Origin: Patescibacteria group bacterium
GTDB lineage: Bacteria > Patescibacteriota > Microgenomatia > UBA8517
DNA length: 54,154 nt
NCBI GenBank assembly: GCA_022562395.1
Contig: JADFPI010000002.1
Span: 1-54,154, forward strand
Direction: 5' to 3'
The position numbers were made by a program, and so were the translations under genes. Numbering within the stretch: position 1 is the first letter of the stretch; every line of letters begins with the position of its first letter. The notes beneath the pieces are model-generated. The model had not been told where the DNA came from. It saw nothing but the letters and a program-made list of their open reading frames with translations, and searched no databases. Below are positions 36,552-46,834 of the stretch, piece after piece.

Positions 36552-37956
36552 GGGAAATTTCAAACACATCCACTTTGTGGGAATCGGAGGTAGTGGGATA
36601 TCGGCGGTGGCACAAATTGCCCAGAAATACGGGTATAAAGTTACCGGTTGTGATATCGAGGGGGATACGGCCTACCTTGCGCAGGTGAAGAAGGAAATTC
36701 GCAGCATATATATTGGTCACTCTAAAGATCATTTAGATGATGTTGATTTGGTAGTTGTTAGCCCATCCATTTTTTTTCAGGGAGATGCAAGCGACGAGAT
36801 TAAAGTAGCCAGGAAAAAGAAAATTCTTTTAACATGGCAGGAGTTTCTTGGCAAGTATTTGCACAAAGGGAAAAAAGTTATTTGTGTTGCAGGAACTCAC
36901 GGAAAGTCAACAACAGCCGCAATGGTAACGTTTGTTTTACAAAGTGCAAAGAGAAAGCCCAGCGCAATAATAGGGGCAAATGTAAATAAGTGGAATCAGA
37001 ATTTTTTACTTGGGGATGGTGACCTTTTTGTAACTGAGGCGGATGAGTTTTTTGACAATTTCTTAAATTATAGTCCCGAGGCAATTATTTTAAATAATAT
37101 TGAATTTGACCACCCAGATTACTTTTCTTCTTATAAACAATTAATCGAAAGTTTTAAGAAATTTGTAAGTCGATTAAAAGGCAAAAAGATATTAATTGTT
37201 AATCAGGATTCTGAAGGAATAAAAAATTTGATGGATTCGCTTGACAAAAAACTCGTAAGCTCGATAGAGCTTGCAGGTTATACTCTTAGTCCTAGTCCTA
37301 AATTAAAACTGAAGAAAAGTTTTAGGGGAGAAATTTTGGTAAAAAGTAAAAGTTATACTACTTTTTTTGTTGAATCGAAGTATTTTGAATTGAAGGATAA
37401 ATTCAAGATAAATTTGACCGGGGAACACAACGTTGCAAATAGTTTAGGGGTTGTTGTGCTCTCTAAGTTTTACGGGATAAAGATAGGCAATTTGAAAAAG
37501 ACATTATCTACTTTTACTGGTGTTGGAAGAAGAATGCAGTTAATAGGTGAGAAAATGGGAGTGAAAGTGCTTGATGACTATGCGCATCACCCAACAGCGA
37601 TTAGGGAAACGCTTTCCGCCTTGGGGCAAATGTATCCTGGAAATAGGCTGTGGGCGGTAGTCGAACCTCATTCTTACTCAAGGACAAAATCCCTTTTGAA
37701 AGAATACAAAGGCGTTTTTAAAAAGGCTGATTTTGTTATCATTGCTCCTATTTATAAGGCAAGGGACAAAAAAACTTTTGGAGTTACCGGACAGTCAATA
37801 GTTAAAATATTAAAACATAAGAACTCAATTTATCTAGACAGCTTTGCCGAAATAGTAAGTTTCTTGAAGACGAGATTAAAAAAGGGCGATGTTATTCTGG
37901 TGATGGGAGCGGGCAAAAGTTATCAGTTGGCAAGATTAATCTTTGCTTCACTATAA
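36544..37956 (+). CDS. murC: UDP-N-acetylmuramate--L-alanine ligase
   Basis: IHFVGIGGSGISAVAQIA, VAGTHGKSTT, DDYAHHP. Confidence 0.92.
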   Translation: MTKGNFKHIHFVGIGGSGISAVAQIAQKYGYKVTGCDIEGDTAYLAQVKKEIRSIYIGHSKDHLDDVDLVVVSPSIFFQGDASDEIKVARKKKILLTWQEFLGKYLHKGKKVICVAGTHGKSTTAAMVTFVLQSAKRKPSAIIGANVNKWNQNFLLGDGDLFVTEADEFFDNFLNYSPEAIILNNIEFDHPDYFSSYKQLIESFKKFVSRLKGKKILIVNQDSEGIKNLMDSLDKKLVSSIELAGYTLSPSPKLKLKKSFRGEILVKSKSYTTFFVESKYFELKDKFKINLTGEHNVANSLGVVVLSKFYGIKIGNLKKTLSTFTGVGRRMQLIGEKMGVKVLDDYAHHPTAIRETLSALGQMYPGNRLWAVVEPHSYSRTKSLLKEYKGVFKKADFVIIAPIYKARDKKTFGVTGQSIVKILKHKNSIYLDSFAEIVSFLKTRLKKGDVILVMGAGKSYQLARLIFASL

Positions 37957-37957
37957 A

Positions 37958-38998
37958 ATGGCTAAATTTAAACTAAGGACAAATGTGCCGTTGAAAAGCT
38001 TAACAACTTTTCAAGTTGGTGGTAGCGCACGCTATCTGGCAGAAGTTGAGGATGAAGACCAGCTGATTGAAGCGGTAAATTTTACTAAGGAAAAAAGGTT
38101 GGGCATATTTGTTTTGGGAGGCGGAAGCGACATTTTAATGAGCGACGAAGGCTTTGATGGTTTGGTAATTAGATATAAAGATAAATCTATAGAATTTGAT
38201 TATAAAAACAAACACGTTTTGGTTACCGCCGCCGCCGGTGTTATTTGGGATGACTTAGTGGCGAGTTGTGTTAAGAAAGGATTACAGGGTATTGAGTGTA
38301 TGTCCGGAATACCCGGAACTGTCGGGGCTTCTCCTATTCAAAACATAGGCGCCTACGGCCAGGAACTGAAAGACGGGTTTGTACGACTTTCGGCGTTCGA
38401 TTTTAAAGATAAGCGCTTCGTGACTTTTGACAAGAGAAAATGCGAATTTAGTTATCGTGAAAGCGTATTTAAGAAAAAGAAGGCCAAGCGGCGCTACCTT
38501 ATAACTAAGGTTACTTTAAGACTAAGAAAAAGTATAAAACCGACGGTAACTTATGAGTCATTAAGGCAATATTTGGACGGAAAGGGAATAAAAAATCCTA
38601 ATTTAGCTCAAGTAAGAAAGGCGGTTCTTGCTCTTAGGGGACAAAAAATGGAAGATCCAGGAGTTTTAGGTAATGCGGGTTCGTTTTTCAAAAACCCTAT
38701 TATTGAAAGAAAGCTTTTAAAGAGACTTAAACAAAATTACCCCGAAATTCCTTATTACCCTGCAGAAGATGTAAAAGTAAAACTCTTTGCAGGCTGGCTA
38801 GTTGAGCATGCAGGCTGGAAGGGGAAAAGATTCAAAAACGCCATGGTTTCGGAGAAAAATGCACTTGTTATCACCAATCCAAAAGGCCGAGCGAGTGCAA
38901 AGGAAGTAAGGGAGCTTGCCCAAGCTATTTCCAAAGATGTTTATAAAAAATTTAAGGTGAAATTGGAACCAGAGGTACAATTTATAGGTTTTAATTAA
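37958..38998 (+). CDS. murB: UDP-N-acetylenolpyruvoylglucosamine reductase
   Basis: LKSLTTFQVGGSARY, VLGGGSDIL, GAGSFFKNP. ATG 37958 (the track starts at 37943). Confidence 0.9.
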   Translation: MAKFKLRTNVPLKSLTTFQVGGSARYLAEVEDEDQLIEAVNFTKEKRLGIFVLGGGSDILMSDEGFDGLVIRYKDKSIEFDYKNKHVLVTAAAGVIWDDLVASCVKKGLQGIECMSGIPGTVGASPIQNIGAYGQELKDGFVRLSAFDFKDKRFVTFDKRKCEFSYRESVFKKKKAKRRYLITKVTLRLRKSIKPTVTYESLRQYLDGKGIKNPNLAQVRKAVLALRGQKMEDPGVLGNAGSFFKNPIIERKLLKRLKQNYPEIPYYPAEDVKVKLFAGWLVEHAGWKGKRFKNAMVSEKNALVITNPKGRASAKEVRELAQAISKDVYKKFKVKLEPEVQFIGFN

Positions 38999-39001
38999 GC
39001 G

Positions 39002-40369
39002 ATGCAGAATCTTGAAGGTAAAAAAGTAGCAGTATTAGGGTTTGGCCTGGAAGGAAAAGATATAGTCAAATTTTTGTTAAAAGAGGACGTCGACTTTTTT
39101 GTTTTTGATAAAAGAGAAAAAAGTCAATTAGATTTTTCTGGAATTGACGAGAGAAAGATTAGATTTATTTTGGGGAAGGATTATCTTAAAAATAGTTTGG
39201 TCGGCTATGATATTATTTTTCGCTCCCCGGGTTTTTATCGATATCTTCCTAAAATTGTTAGGGCACAAAAAAATGGAACAACTATTTCAAGTGCAATAAA
39301 GCTCTTCTTTGACCTTTGCCCTGCAAAGATAATCGGCGTTACAGGAACGAAAGGAAAAGGGACATCGGCTACTTTAATATATAACATACTTAAAAATTCT
39401 GGAAAGAAAGTTTTTCTTGCCGGAAATATTGGCAAGCCCTATCTTGAGCTACTCCCTAAACTAACAAAAGATACATGGGTTATTTTGGAATTGTCTTCAT
39501 TCCAATTGATAGACATGAATAAAAGTCCCCATATCGCGGTAGTTTTAAATATAACCGAAGACCACCTTGATTGGCATAAAAACAAGAAAGAATATGTTGA
39601 TTCGAAGAAAAACATTGTTGCATATCAGAAAGAAGGTGATTTAGCCGTTATCAACTATGACTACACCATTCCAAGAGACTTTTCGAAATTGACCAAAGCA
39701 GAAACTTTTTACTTTTCTATAAAAAATAAGGTTTTTGGTAGTTATGTGAAAAATGAACGTATTTTCCTGAATACAAAGGGACAGATGATAGATATTGGTA
39801 GTATCTTAGAATTAAAGTTAAAAGGAAAGCATAATTGGGAGAATGTTTGTGCAGCCATATGCGCTTCAAGTTTAACGGGAATAAAAACATCTACAATAAA
39901 AAGTACCGTGTTTTCTTTTCAAGGTTTGGAGCATCGCCTGGAATTAGTTGATAAGGTTGGAAATATTTTTTTCTACAACGATTCTTTCGCAACGAGCCCG
40001 CAACCGACTGTTGCCGCTATTCACTCTTTCAGTGAGCCCATGACTTTGATTTTAGGTGGTTCAGATAAAGGACTAGACTATACAGGTTTGGGGAAAATAA
40101 TTTCCGGGAGAAATAATATTGCCCTAGTAATATTAATTGGTGAAGTTGCAAAAAAGATCAAAAGCGCCCTTATAAAAGCTGTTTATAAAGGAAAAATATT
40201 AGAGATGGGGAAGGGCAGGATGGAAAAGATAGTTAAAACGGCATTTGGCAAAACTCCAAAAGGCGGAGTTGTTTTAATTTCCCCGGCTGCCGCCTCGTTC
40301 GATATGTTTAAAAATTACAAAGATAGAGGTAAACAATTTAAAGAGGCAGTCAAAAAATTAAAAAGTTGA
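39002..40369 (+). CDS. murD: UDP-N-acetylmuramoylalanine--D-glutamate ligase
   Basis: KVAVLGFGLEGKD, GVTGTKGKGTS, GLEHRLE. Confidence 0.9.
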   Translation: MQNLEGKKVAVLGFGLEGKDIVKFLLKEDVDFFVFDKREKSQLDFSGIDERKIRFILGKDYLKNSLVGYDIIFRSPGFYRYLPKIVRAQKNGTTISSAIKLFFDLCPAKIIGVTGTKGKGTSATLIYNILKNSGKKVFLAGNIGKPYLELLPKLTKDTWVILELSSFQLIDMNKSPHIAVVLNITEDHLDWHKNKKEYVDSKKNIVAYQKEGDLAVINYDYTIPRDFSKLTKAETFYFSIKNKVFGSYVKNERIFLNTKGQMIDIGSILELKLKGKHNWENVCAAICASSLTGIKTSTIKSTVFSFQGLEHRLELVDKVGNIFFYNDSFATSPQPTVAAIHSFSEPMTLILGGSDKGLDYTGLGKIISGRNNIALVILIGEVAKKIKSALIKAVYKGKILEMGKGRMEKIVKTAFGKTPKGGVVLISPAAASFDMFKNYKDRGKQFKEAVKKLKS

Positions 40370-40370
40370 T

Positions 40371-41174
40371 ATGGATAAAAGACCAGTTGGAGTTTTCGAC
40401 TCTGGCCTTGGCGGCCTAACCGTTGTCAAGGAAATAAAAAGAGTCCTCCCCGGCGAGAGCATTGTCTATTTGGGAGATACTGCTAGAGTTCCTTATGGAA
40501 CAAGAAGTAAAAAAACAGTTGAGGAATTTTCACTTCAAAACATTAACTTTTTACTTCGAAAGAAAGTAAAGTGTGTAGTTGTTGCTTGTAATACCGCGTC
40601 GGCGCAGGCTTACAGAAAAATAAGAAAGAAATCTTCGGTTACAACTTTTGATGTTATTGTCCCGGCGGTTAAGGCTGCGACTAAAAATGGTCAACCTAAA
40701 GTTATCGGCGTTATCGGAACAAGAGGAACTATAAAAAGTGGTGCCTACAAGAGAAAAATACAAAAAGTGGGTCCAAATTTTAAGGTTTTCGAGTTAACCT
40801 GTCCTTTGTTCGTTCCTCTAATTGAGGAGGGAGAATTAAGGGGTGAGTTAATAAGGCTTTGCGTCGATAAATATTTAATACCCTTGAGGAAAAAAAAGAT
40901 TGATACGTTAATTTTAGGTTGTACTCACTACCCACTAATAAAAACTGTTATTGAAAAAAGAATTGGCCCAAAGGTCAAAATAATAGATTCTGGGAAAGAG
41001 GTTACAAAAGAGCTATTTGCCTATCTTACAAAAAAACAAATGTTAGCGCCCGAAAATAATAAACCAAGAGATGAATATTTTGTAACCGATTTGACTCAAA
41101 GGTTTATCAAAGTCGCTGAAATGTTTCTAGGAGAGAGCCTAAAGCGGAAAATAAAGGAAGTTAGTGTAAACTAG
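40371..41174 (+). CDS. murI: glutamate racemase
   Basis: VGVFDSGLGGLTV, VVACNTAS, LGCTHYP. Confidence 0.92.
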   Translation: MDKRPVGVFDSGLGGLTVVKEIKRVLPGESIVYLGDTARVPYGTRSKKTVEEFSLQNINFLLRKKVKCVVVACNTASAQAYRKIRKKSSVTTFDVIVPAVKAATKNGQPKVIGVIGTRGTIKSGAYKRKIQKVGPNFKVFELTCPLFVPLIEEGELRGELIRLCVDKYLIPLRKKKIDTLILGCTHYPLIKTVIEKRIGPKVKIIDSGKEVTKELFAYLTKKQMLAPENNKPRDEYFVTDLTQRFIKVAEMFLGESLKRKIKEVSVN

Positions 41175-41183
41175 TTTTTTTTA

Positions 41184-42215
41184 ATGAAGAAAAGGATTCG
41201 CATTGCTGTGTTAATGGGAGGCAAAACTCCAGAGCATGAGATTTCATTGGTTTCAGGACGCGAGATCACTCGTAATTTGCCTGAAAAATACGAAGTTTTA
41301 CCAATTGTAATATCAAGAACTGGCGAAAAATGGAGTTTAACCAGCCGCTCTCAACTTTTATCGCTACCCGACCCTATGATTTTAAAAGGAACTCAGAAAG
41401 AATTTGACTCCCCAGCTTTAAAGGAAATAGAAAGCGTAGGAGGAATTTTTAAAAAAGTTGACATTGTGTTTATAGCGATGCATGGACCGTTTGGCGAGGA
41501 TGGAACAATTCAGGGGATGCTAGAACTCGCTGGAGTTCCTTTCACCGGACCAGGGGTTTTGGCTTCTGCTCTGGGTATGAACAAGGTGATGTTTAGGAAA
41601 ATTTTAAAAAGCCAAGGATTACCCTTCCCAAAATTCGTAGTAGTTGAGAAGGGAGAAAAAGGGTCAAGTGTTTTTAAGGAATTGGGAGCCCCTCCTTATG
41701 TAGTCAAGCCAGATAACCAGGGATCTTCGGTTGGAATCTCGTTAGTTAACTCGAAGAGTTACTTATCGAAAGCCCTAAAAAAAGCATTTAAATTCAGCGA
41801 CATTGTTTTGGTTGACGAGTATGTTGAGGGCCTTGAAGTTACTTGTGGGATACTTGGTAATAAAAATCCAAAACCATTGCCTTTAGTTGAAATTTTACCA
41901 AAAAAAGGAGATTTTTTTAACTATGAATCTAAATATATGGAAGGTGGTGCCGTGGAGATAGTGCCCGCAAGAATTTCAAAAACTCTCACAAAGAAAATCC
42001 AGGGAATGGCAACCGAGGTTTATAAAGCTCTCGGATGCAAAGGTTTCTCTAGGGTTGATTTTATCTTAAGACGGGAAAGGTATCCAGTTATATTAGAAAT
42101 AAATACTATACCAGGACTAACTCCAATGTCGCTTTTTCCTAAAGCGGCCAGGGCCGAAGGACTTTCTTATAGCCAGGTACTGGATAAAATAATTAAATAT
42201 GGACTTGAAAAATAA
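41184..42215 (+). CDS. ddl: D-alanine--D-alanine ligase
   Basis: IAVLMGGKTPEHEISLVSG, HGPFGEDGTIQGMLE, KPDNQGSSVGIS, EINTIPG. Confidence 0.92.
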   Translation: MKKRIRIAVLMGGKTPEHEISLVSGREITRNLPEKYEVLPIVISRTGEKWSLTSRSQLLSLPDPMILKGTQKEFDSPALKEIESVGGIFKKVDIVFIAMHGPFGEDGTIQGMLELAGVPFTGPGVLASALGMNKVMFRKILKSQGLPFPKFVVVEKGEKGSSVFKELGAPPYVVKPDNQGSSVGISLVNSKSYLSKALKKAFKFSDIVLVDEYVEGLEVTCGILGNKNPKPLPLVEILPKKGDFFNYESKYMEGGAVEIVPARISKTLTKKIQGMATEVYKALGCKGFSRVDFILRRERYPVILEINTIPGLTPMSLFPKAARAEGLSYSQVLDKIIKYGLEK

Positions 42216-43353
42216 AGCAAAATTGAGAACCTGGGTTGAGATTTCTAAAAAATCTCTGCTTCATAATTTTAATACGTTCAAGAAATTGGCTGGAGAAAAA
42301 GTCGGCATAATGTCCGTGGTAAAAGCCAATGCCTACGGTCATGGGATTAACGAGGTAGCTTCACTTCTTGAGGAAGCAGGGAGTGATTGGTTTGCCGTAG
42401 ACAATTTAGATGAAGCACTTACTATTCGCTTAACTAAAGTAAAAAAACCTATTTTGATTTTAGGCTACATTCCTATAACTAGAGTCAAGGAGGCTATAGA
42501 AAATGATATTTCTTTTGTTCTTTATCGGGAGGACTTTTTAAGTAAAATAGCTTTGTTCGAGTTGGGAAAAAAGGCAAAAGTTCATTTGAAAATTGAAACA
42601 GGTCTTAATCGCCAAGGTTTATCCCCAAATGAGGCTGTCAAGTTTGCAATGAAAATTTTGCAAGGAAGGAAGGTTGAGCTTGAGGGCATATCAACTCATT
42701 TTGCCAACATAGAAGATACTCGTGACCCCGCCTTTGCAATGGAGCAACTGTCACATTTTAAGACTGTCCTAAAGAAGTTAAACGCTAAAAAAATTAAAGT
42801 TTCTGTTATACATTGTGCTGCGAGCGCGGCCTCGCTTTTGTATAAAGAAACTCATTTCAATATGTTGAGGCTTGGAATAAGTATGTACGGTCTTTGGCCA
42901 TCTAAAGAAATCCGCAACATGCTCTCGCTGAAGAAGGGCAAAAATTCAATTGATTTAAAACCAGTGCTTGAATGGAAGAGCAAGCTTGCCCAAGTTAAGA
43001 CTCTTAAGGCTGGCGAGTCCGTAGGTTATGGAAGGACTTGGTTTGCGCCACGAAGAACTAAAATAGCAATTATTCCGGTTGGCTACTACGATGGATATGA
43101 CAGGGACTTATCAAATAATTCGCGAGTTTTGATAAGAGGGAATTCAGCTCCAGTGGTTGGGAGAGTAGCAATGAACATGATAACGGTGGATGTTACAGAT
43201 ATAAACAAAGTATCAGAAGACGATGAAGTTGTATTGATTGGCAAAAGCAACAAAGAACGAATTACTGCCGATGAGCTTGCAACTGTACTAGGGACCATTA
43301 ATTATGAAGTTGTTTCCAGGATAAATCCTTATTTGCCAAGAATTATTGTATGA
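42199..43353 (+). CDS. alr: alanine racemase
   Basis: VVKANAYGHG (PLP lysine), LRLGISMYGLWPS, VGYGRTW. Confidence 0.9.
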   Translation: MDLKNKAKLRTWVEISKKSLLHNFNTFKKLAGEKVGIMSVVKANAYGHGINEVASLLEEAGSDWFAVDNLDEALTIRLTKVKKPILILGYIPITRVKEAIENDISFVLYREDFLSKIALFELGKKAKVHLKIETGLNRQGLSPNEAVKFAMKILQGRKVELEGISTHFANIEDTRDPAFAMEQLSHFKTVLKKLNAKKIKVSVIHCAASAASLLYKETHFNMLRLGISMYGLWPSKEIRNMLSLKKGKNSIDLKPVLEWKSKLAQVKTLKAGESVGYGRTWFAPRRTKIAIIPVGYYDGYDRDLSNNSRVLIRGNSAPVVGRVAMNMITVDVTDINKVSEDDEVVLIGKSNKERITADELATVLGTINYEVVSRINPYLPRIIV

Positions 43354-44606
43354 GAGAGAAAAAAGTTAGCCTTGTCATTCGCTGGTGGGTGACACCTAAA
43401 CTACCTGTGGGTGATATTTATGCACCTTACGCAGCAAAAGAAAAAAGTTTTCTAAATAGATTAAAAATATTAATTTCACAGTGGATTATTCATCCAATAA
43501 AAAGAAGGGTGGCAAGAAGATACTTAAAATTGTTACAAAGATTTACGAATATAAAAGTAGTGGCTATTACAGGTAGTGCGGGGAAAACAACCACCAAAGA
43601 TATGCTTGCGTCAATTCTTTCCGAAGTAGGACCAACGGTGTGGACGGTAAAAAGCATTGATTCTGTTTACAATATTCCAAATACAATACTAAAAACTTTG
43701 CCGGGCACAAAATACTTAATCCTGGAGATGTCCGTGGAATTTCCGGGCGAAATGGATTTTTATCTCTGGCTCGCCAAGCCAAATGTGGTAGTTGTTACGA
43801 ACGTTTACCCTACACACACTCAATTTCTTAAAAGCGCAAAAGGAGTTGCACACGAGAAAGACAAGCTTGTAAAAGCGCTTACTGCCCAAGACACGGCTGT
43901 TTTAAATAAAGAGAACATATATGCAAAAGAGATGGCAGGTAAGACTGAGGCAAAAATATTATGGTTTGGAAAAAATGGGGATTTTCAAGCAACAAAAATC
44001 AGATTGAATAAGAAATTGTATACAAATTATACTCTGGCGACCAGAAAGAGTAAGATTAATGTTCAACTTGCCGTCCCCGGAACTCAATTTGTCCAAAATT
44101 CACTGGCTGCAGCCGGTGCGGCTTATGCTTTAGATATACCGATTAACAAAATCAAAAGAGGTCTGGAAAATTATAAAAAACCTGAGCATAGAATGGAAAT
44201 AATTAAGCACCCATCAGGCGCTTTAATTATTGATGATTCATATAATAATAATCCAGAAGCTGCAATTTACGCTCTGAAAACTTTAAAAGAGATAGCAAAT
44301 GGTAAGAGGTTAGTGGTGGTAATGGGAGATATGCTAGAACTCGGAAAACTTGAAATCAAAAGCCATAAAGATATTGGCAAGTTTATAGGAAAAATGGGCG
44401 TTGACTGCCTAATTGGGGTAGGAAAAGCTTCAAAGTACTTAGTCGAAGAAGCAAAAAAGCAAAATCAAAATAACTTAACTTTTTGGGTTTCTTTAGAAAA
44501 GAAAGCTTTACCAATCTTGAAGCCTTATCTTAAGAAAAATACTGTTATTTTAATAAAGGGATCACGGTCAATTAGTCTAGACAGATTAGTTTCACGGTTG
44601 TCATAG
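43350..44606 (+). CDS. murF: UDP-MurNAc-tripeptide--D-alanyl-D-alanine ligase with a short, atypical N-terminus
   Basis: ITGSAGKTTTKDM, EHRME, IIDDSYNNNPEAA, VMGDMLELG. Only about 75 aa precede the P-loop, and the usual DSR...F.A..G..DGH motif is missing. Confidence 0.8.
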   Translation: MREKKVSLVIRWWVTPKLPVGDIYAPYAAKEKSFLNRLKILISQWIIHPIKRRVARRYLKLLQRFTNIKVVAITGSAGKTTTKDMLASILSEVGPTVWTVKSIDSVYNIPNTILKTLPGTKYLILEMSVEFPGEMDFYLWLAKPNVVVVTNVYPTHTQFLKSAKGVAHEKDKLVKALTAQDTAVLNKENIYAKEMAGKTEAKILWFGKNGDFQATKIRLNKKLYTNYTLATRKSKINVQLAVPGTQFVQNSLAAAGAAYALDIPINKIKRGLENYKKPEHRMEIIKHPSGALIIDDSYNNNPEAAIYALKTLKEIANGKRLVVVMGDMLELGKLEIKSHKDIGKFIGKMGVDCLIGVGKASKYLVEEAKKQNQNNLTFWVSLEKKALPILKPYLKKNTVILIKGSRSISLDRLVSRLS

Positions 44607-44643
44607 GAAGGTAAGACAGTTAAAATGTCAGGAAGCTTATATT

Positions 44644-45699
44644 ATGACAGAGTCTAATCCCCTGTCCCTTGTTTTAGGCTTGGTACTATTTTCGTTTCTC
44701 ATAACTAGCGTAGCCGCTGTACCCTTTATAGACCTTTTATACAAACTAAAACTTACCAGAAGGAAGGAAGCCCCTAGAAAAGGTAAAGTTCCATTATTTG
44801 ACAGACTTCACGATAGAAAAGCAGGAACACCCGTTGGTGGGGGAATACTAATTATTGTAATTGTAAGTATACTTTTTGCAACTCTTTTCCCAATGGTTAG
44901 ATATTTGGGTGTATTCATTGAAACTGCATATGTTTTGAAGACCGAGCTTTTCATAATTTTTTTCACTTTTATTTCCTTTGGAATTCTCGGGCTTTCTGAC
45001 GACTTAATAAAAATATTCGGCAGACCAAGAAAAGGAGTTCTCGGTATGGACTTTGGCCTAAGTCGCAAGCTTAAGTTTTTTTTACAGTGGGTACTTGGAG
45101 GAATTGCCAGTTTCATGATTTATAATTCTTTGGGAGTTCAGATAGTTCACATTCCTTTGATTGACAAAGTTATCGATTTGGGGCCTTGGTATGTTCCTTT
45201 TGGAGCTTTCGTTATTGTTTCTTTCGCTAATGCATTCAATATAACTGATGGCTTGGACGGGCTTGCAGCGGGGCTTTTGATGTTTGCTTTAATTGCATTT
45301 GGAATAATTGCTGCGGGGAATTTGGATACGCCTTTATCAGTTTTTATCGCATTATGGCTCGGCTCATTAATGGCTTTTCTTTACTTTAACGTTTGGCCTG
45401 CACGAATTTTTCTTGGAGACTCAGGCGCACTGTCATTTGGCGCGATGCTGGGCTTAATAGGGCTTTTGACTGGAAGTATCGTCGCTCTTGTTGTAATTGG
45501 AGGCATATTTGTGATTGAGATAGCCTCATCCGCAATTCAGATTTTGGGGTGGAAAATATTGAAAAAGCCTATATTTCCGTTGGCGCCCCTTCATCATTCT
45601 TTTTTGGCAATTGGTTGGGAAGAGCCTAAAATTGTTATGCGGGCTTGGCTTGCACAACTCGTACTGGTAATTTTTGGTTTGTGGTTGGCAACGATTTAA
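44644..45699 (+). CDS. mraY: phospho-N-acetylmuramoyl-pentapeptide transferase
   Basis: GLSDDLIKI, NAFNITDGLDGLAAG, FLGDSGALSFGA, PLHHSF. Confidence 0.92.
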   Translation: MTESNPLSLVLGLVLFSFLITSVAAVPFIDLLYKLKLTRRKEAPRKGKVPLFDRLHDRKAGTPVGGGILIIVIVSILFATLFPMVRYLGVFIETAYVLKTELFIIFFTFISFGILGLSDDLIKIFGRPRKGVLGMDFGLSRKLKFFLQWVLGGIASFMIYNSLGVQIVHIPLIDKVIDLGPWYVPFGAFVIVSFANAFNITDGLDGLAAGLLMFALIAFGIIAAGNLDTPLSVFIALWLGSLMAFLYFNVWPARIFLGDSGALSFGAMLGLIGLLTGSIVALVVIGGIFVIEIASSAIQILGWKILKKPIFPLAPLHHSFLAIGWEEPKIVMRAWLAQLVLVIFGLWLATI

Positions 45700-45721
45700 T
45701 AAAAAAAGTAAATTATAGCGT

Positions 45722-46834
45722 GTGCGAAAAATACGACTCAAAAAACAAAAAAAAACCATTGATAGAAAACTTTTTCTAATAACGGTAGTTTTAACCATAC
45801 TTGGTTTAGTTGCGATTGCTGACGCCTCTGCTCCTCAAGCAATAAATACTTTCTCTGATAAATTTTATTTTGTAAAACAGCAACTCGTGTGGGGGTTTTT
45901 CGGTTTTCTCGCTCTTATTGTTGCGACAAGAATTCATTACTCTTTTTGGGGAAAAATTGCGACTTTATTGCTTGGCGCAAGTGTTATTATTCTTATTTTG
46001 GCTTTAACGCCATGGGCAGGTGTTGCTAATTTAGGTGCAAGAAGGTGGGTTTTTATTGGCCCTTTGTCAATTCAACCTTCGGAATTTGTCAAGCTCTCTC
46101 TGGCTATTTATTTGGCTAAAGTGGCCCAAAAAGAGAAGGGAATGCTTGCGTTTTTCTTGCCTTTATTAATAGTTACAGGGTTAATTATGGCACAGCCTGA
46201 CTTCGGAACTACGGTGGTAGTTGTACTAATGGGGGGGGCCCAGATATTTGCCTCAGGAATAAAACTTGTTCCTTTCTTTTTATCGATTTTCGGCACTGGG
46301 GTTATTGCGGTACTGGCAATTCTTTTATCCGACTACAGAAAAGAAAGAGTATTGACTTACTTAAAATTTTCCTCCGAGCCCTTAGGAAGCGCTTATCATA
46401 TTAGACAAGTTCTTCTTGCTCTTGGGTCGGGTGGACTTTTAGGAATAGGCTTAGGACAATCTAGGCAAAAATATTTATTTTTGCCAGAAGCAGCGACCGA
46501 TTCAATTTTCGCCGTAATAGCAGAAGAGGTTGGTTTTATTGGCGCAAGCATATTGATAATAATTTTCGTTGCCTTTATTGTTAGAGGATTAGGTATTGCC
46601 AAAAAAGCGCCCGATAAATTCGCAGCTGTTCTGGCCGTGGGGATAGTAACTTGGATAGGTGGGCAAGCGTTTGTCAACATGGGTGCAATGACGGCCCTTC
46701 TTCCATTAACGGGGATTCCGTTGCCATTTTTTTCTTATGGAGGGAGTGCCCTCGTCACTGTTTTGTTCGCAACAGGTATACTTTTAAACATATCAAAGCA
46801 TGTATCAAAAGGGGAAAGAAAAAGACGCCAATAA
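45722..46834 (+). CDS. ftsW: SEDS-family peptidoglycan glycosyltransferase FtsW
   Basis: GTG start. RRWVFIGPLSIQPSEFVKL, QPDFGT, LPEAATDSIFAVIAEEVGF, PFFSYGGSA. Confidence 0.9.
   Translation: MRKIRLKKQKKTIDRKLFLITVVLTILGLVAIADASAPQAINTFSDKFYFVKQQLVWGFFGFLALIVATRIHYSFWGKIATLLLGASVIILILALTPWAGVANLGARRWVFIGPLSIQPSEFVKLSLAIYLAKVAQKEKGMLAFFLPLLIVTGLIMAQPDFGTTVVVVLMGGAQIFASGIKLVPFFLSIFGTGVIAVLAILLSDYRKERVLTYLKFSSEPLGSAYHIRQVLLALGSGGLLGIGLGQSRQKYLFLPEAATDSIFAVIAEEVGFIGASILIIIFVAFIVRGLGIAKKAPDKFAAVLAVGIVTWIGGQAFVNMGAMTALLPLTGIPLPFFSYGGSALVTVLFATGILLNISKHVSKGERKRRQ

Noticed and set aside
45747-45755. An A9 run near the 5' end of ftsW, and the G8 run at 46231-46238, considered as contingency (phase-variation) tracts.
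   Set aside because: ftsW is expected to be essential. The A-run simply encodes a Lys-rich N-terminus in an AT-rich genome. I have no evidence of length variation.
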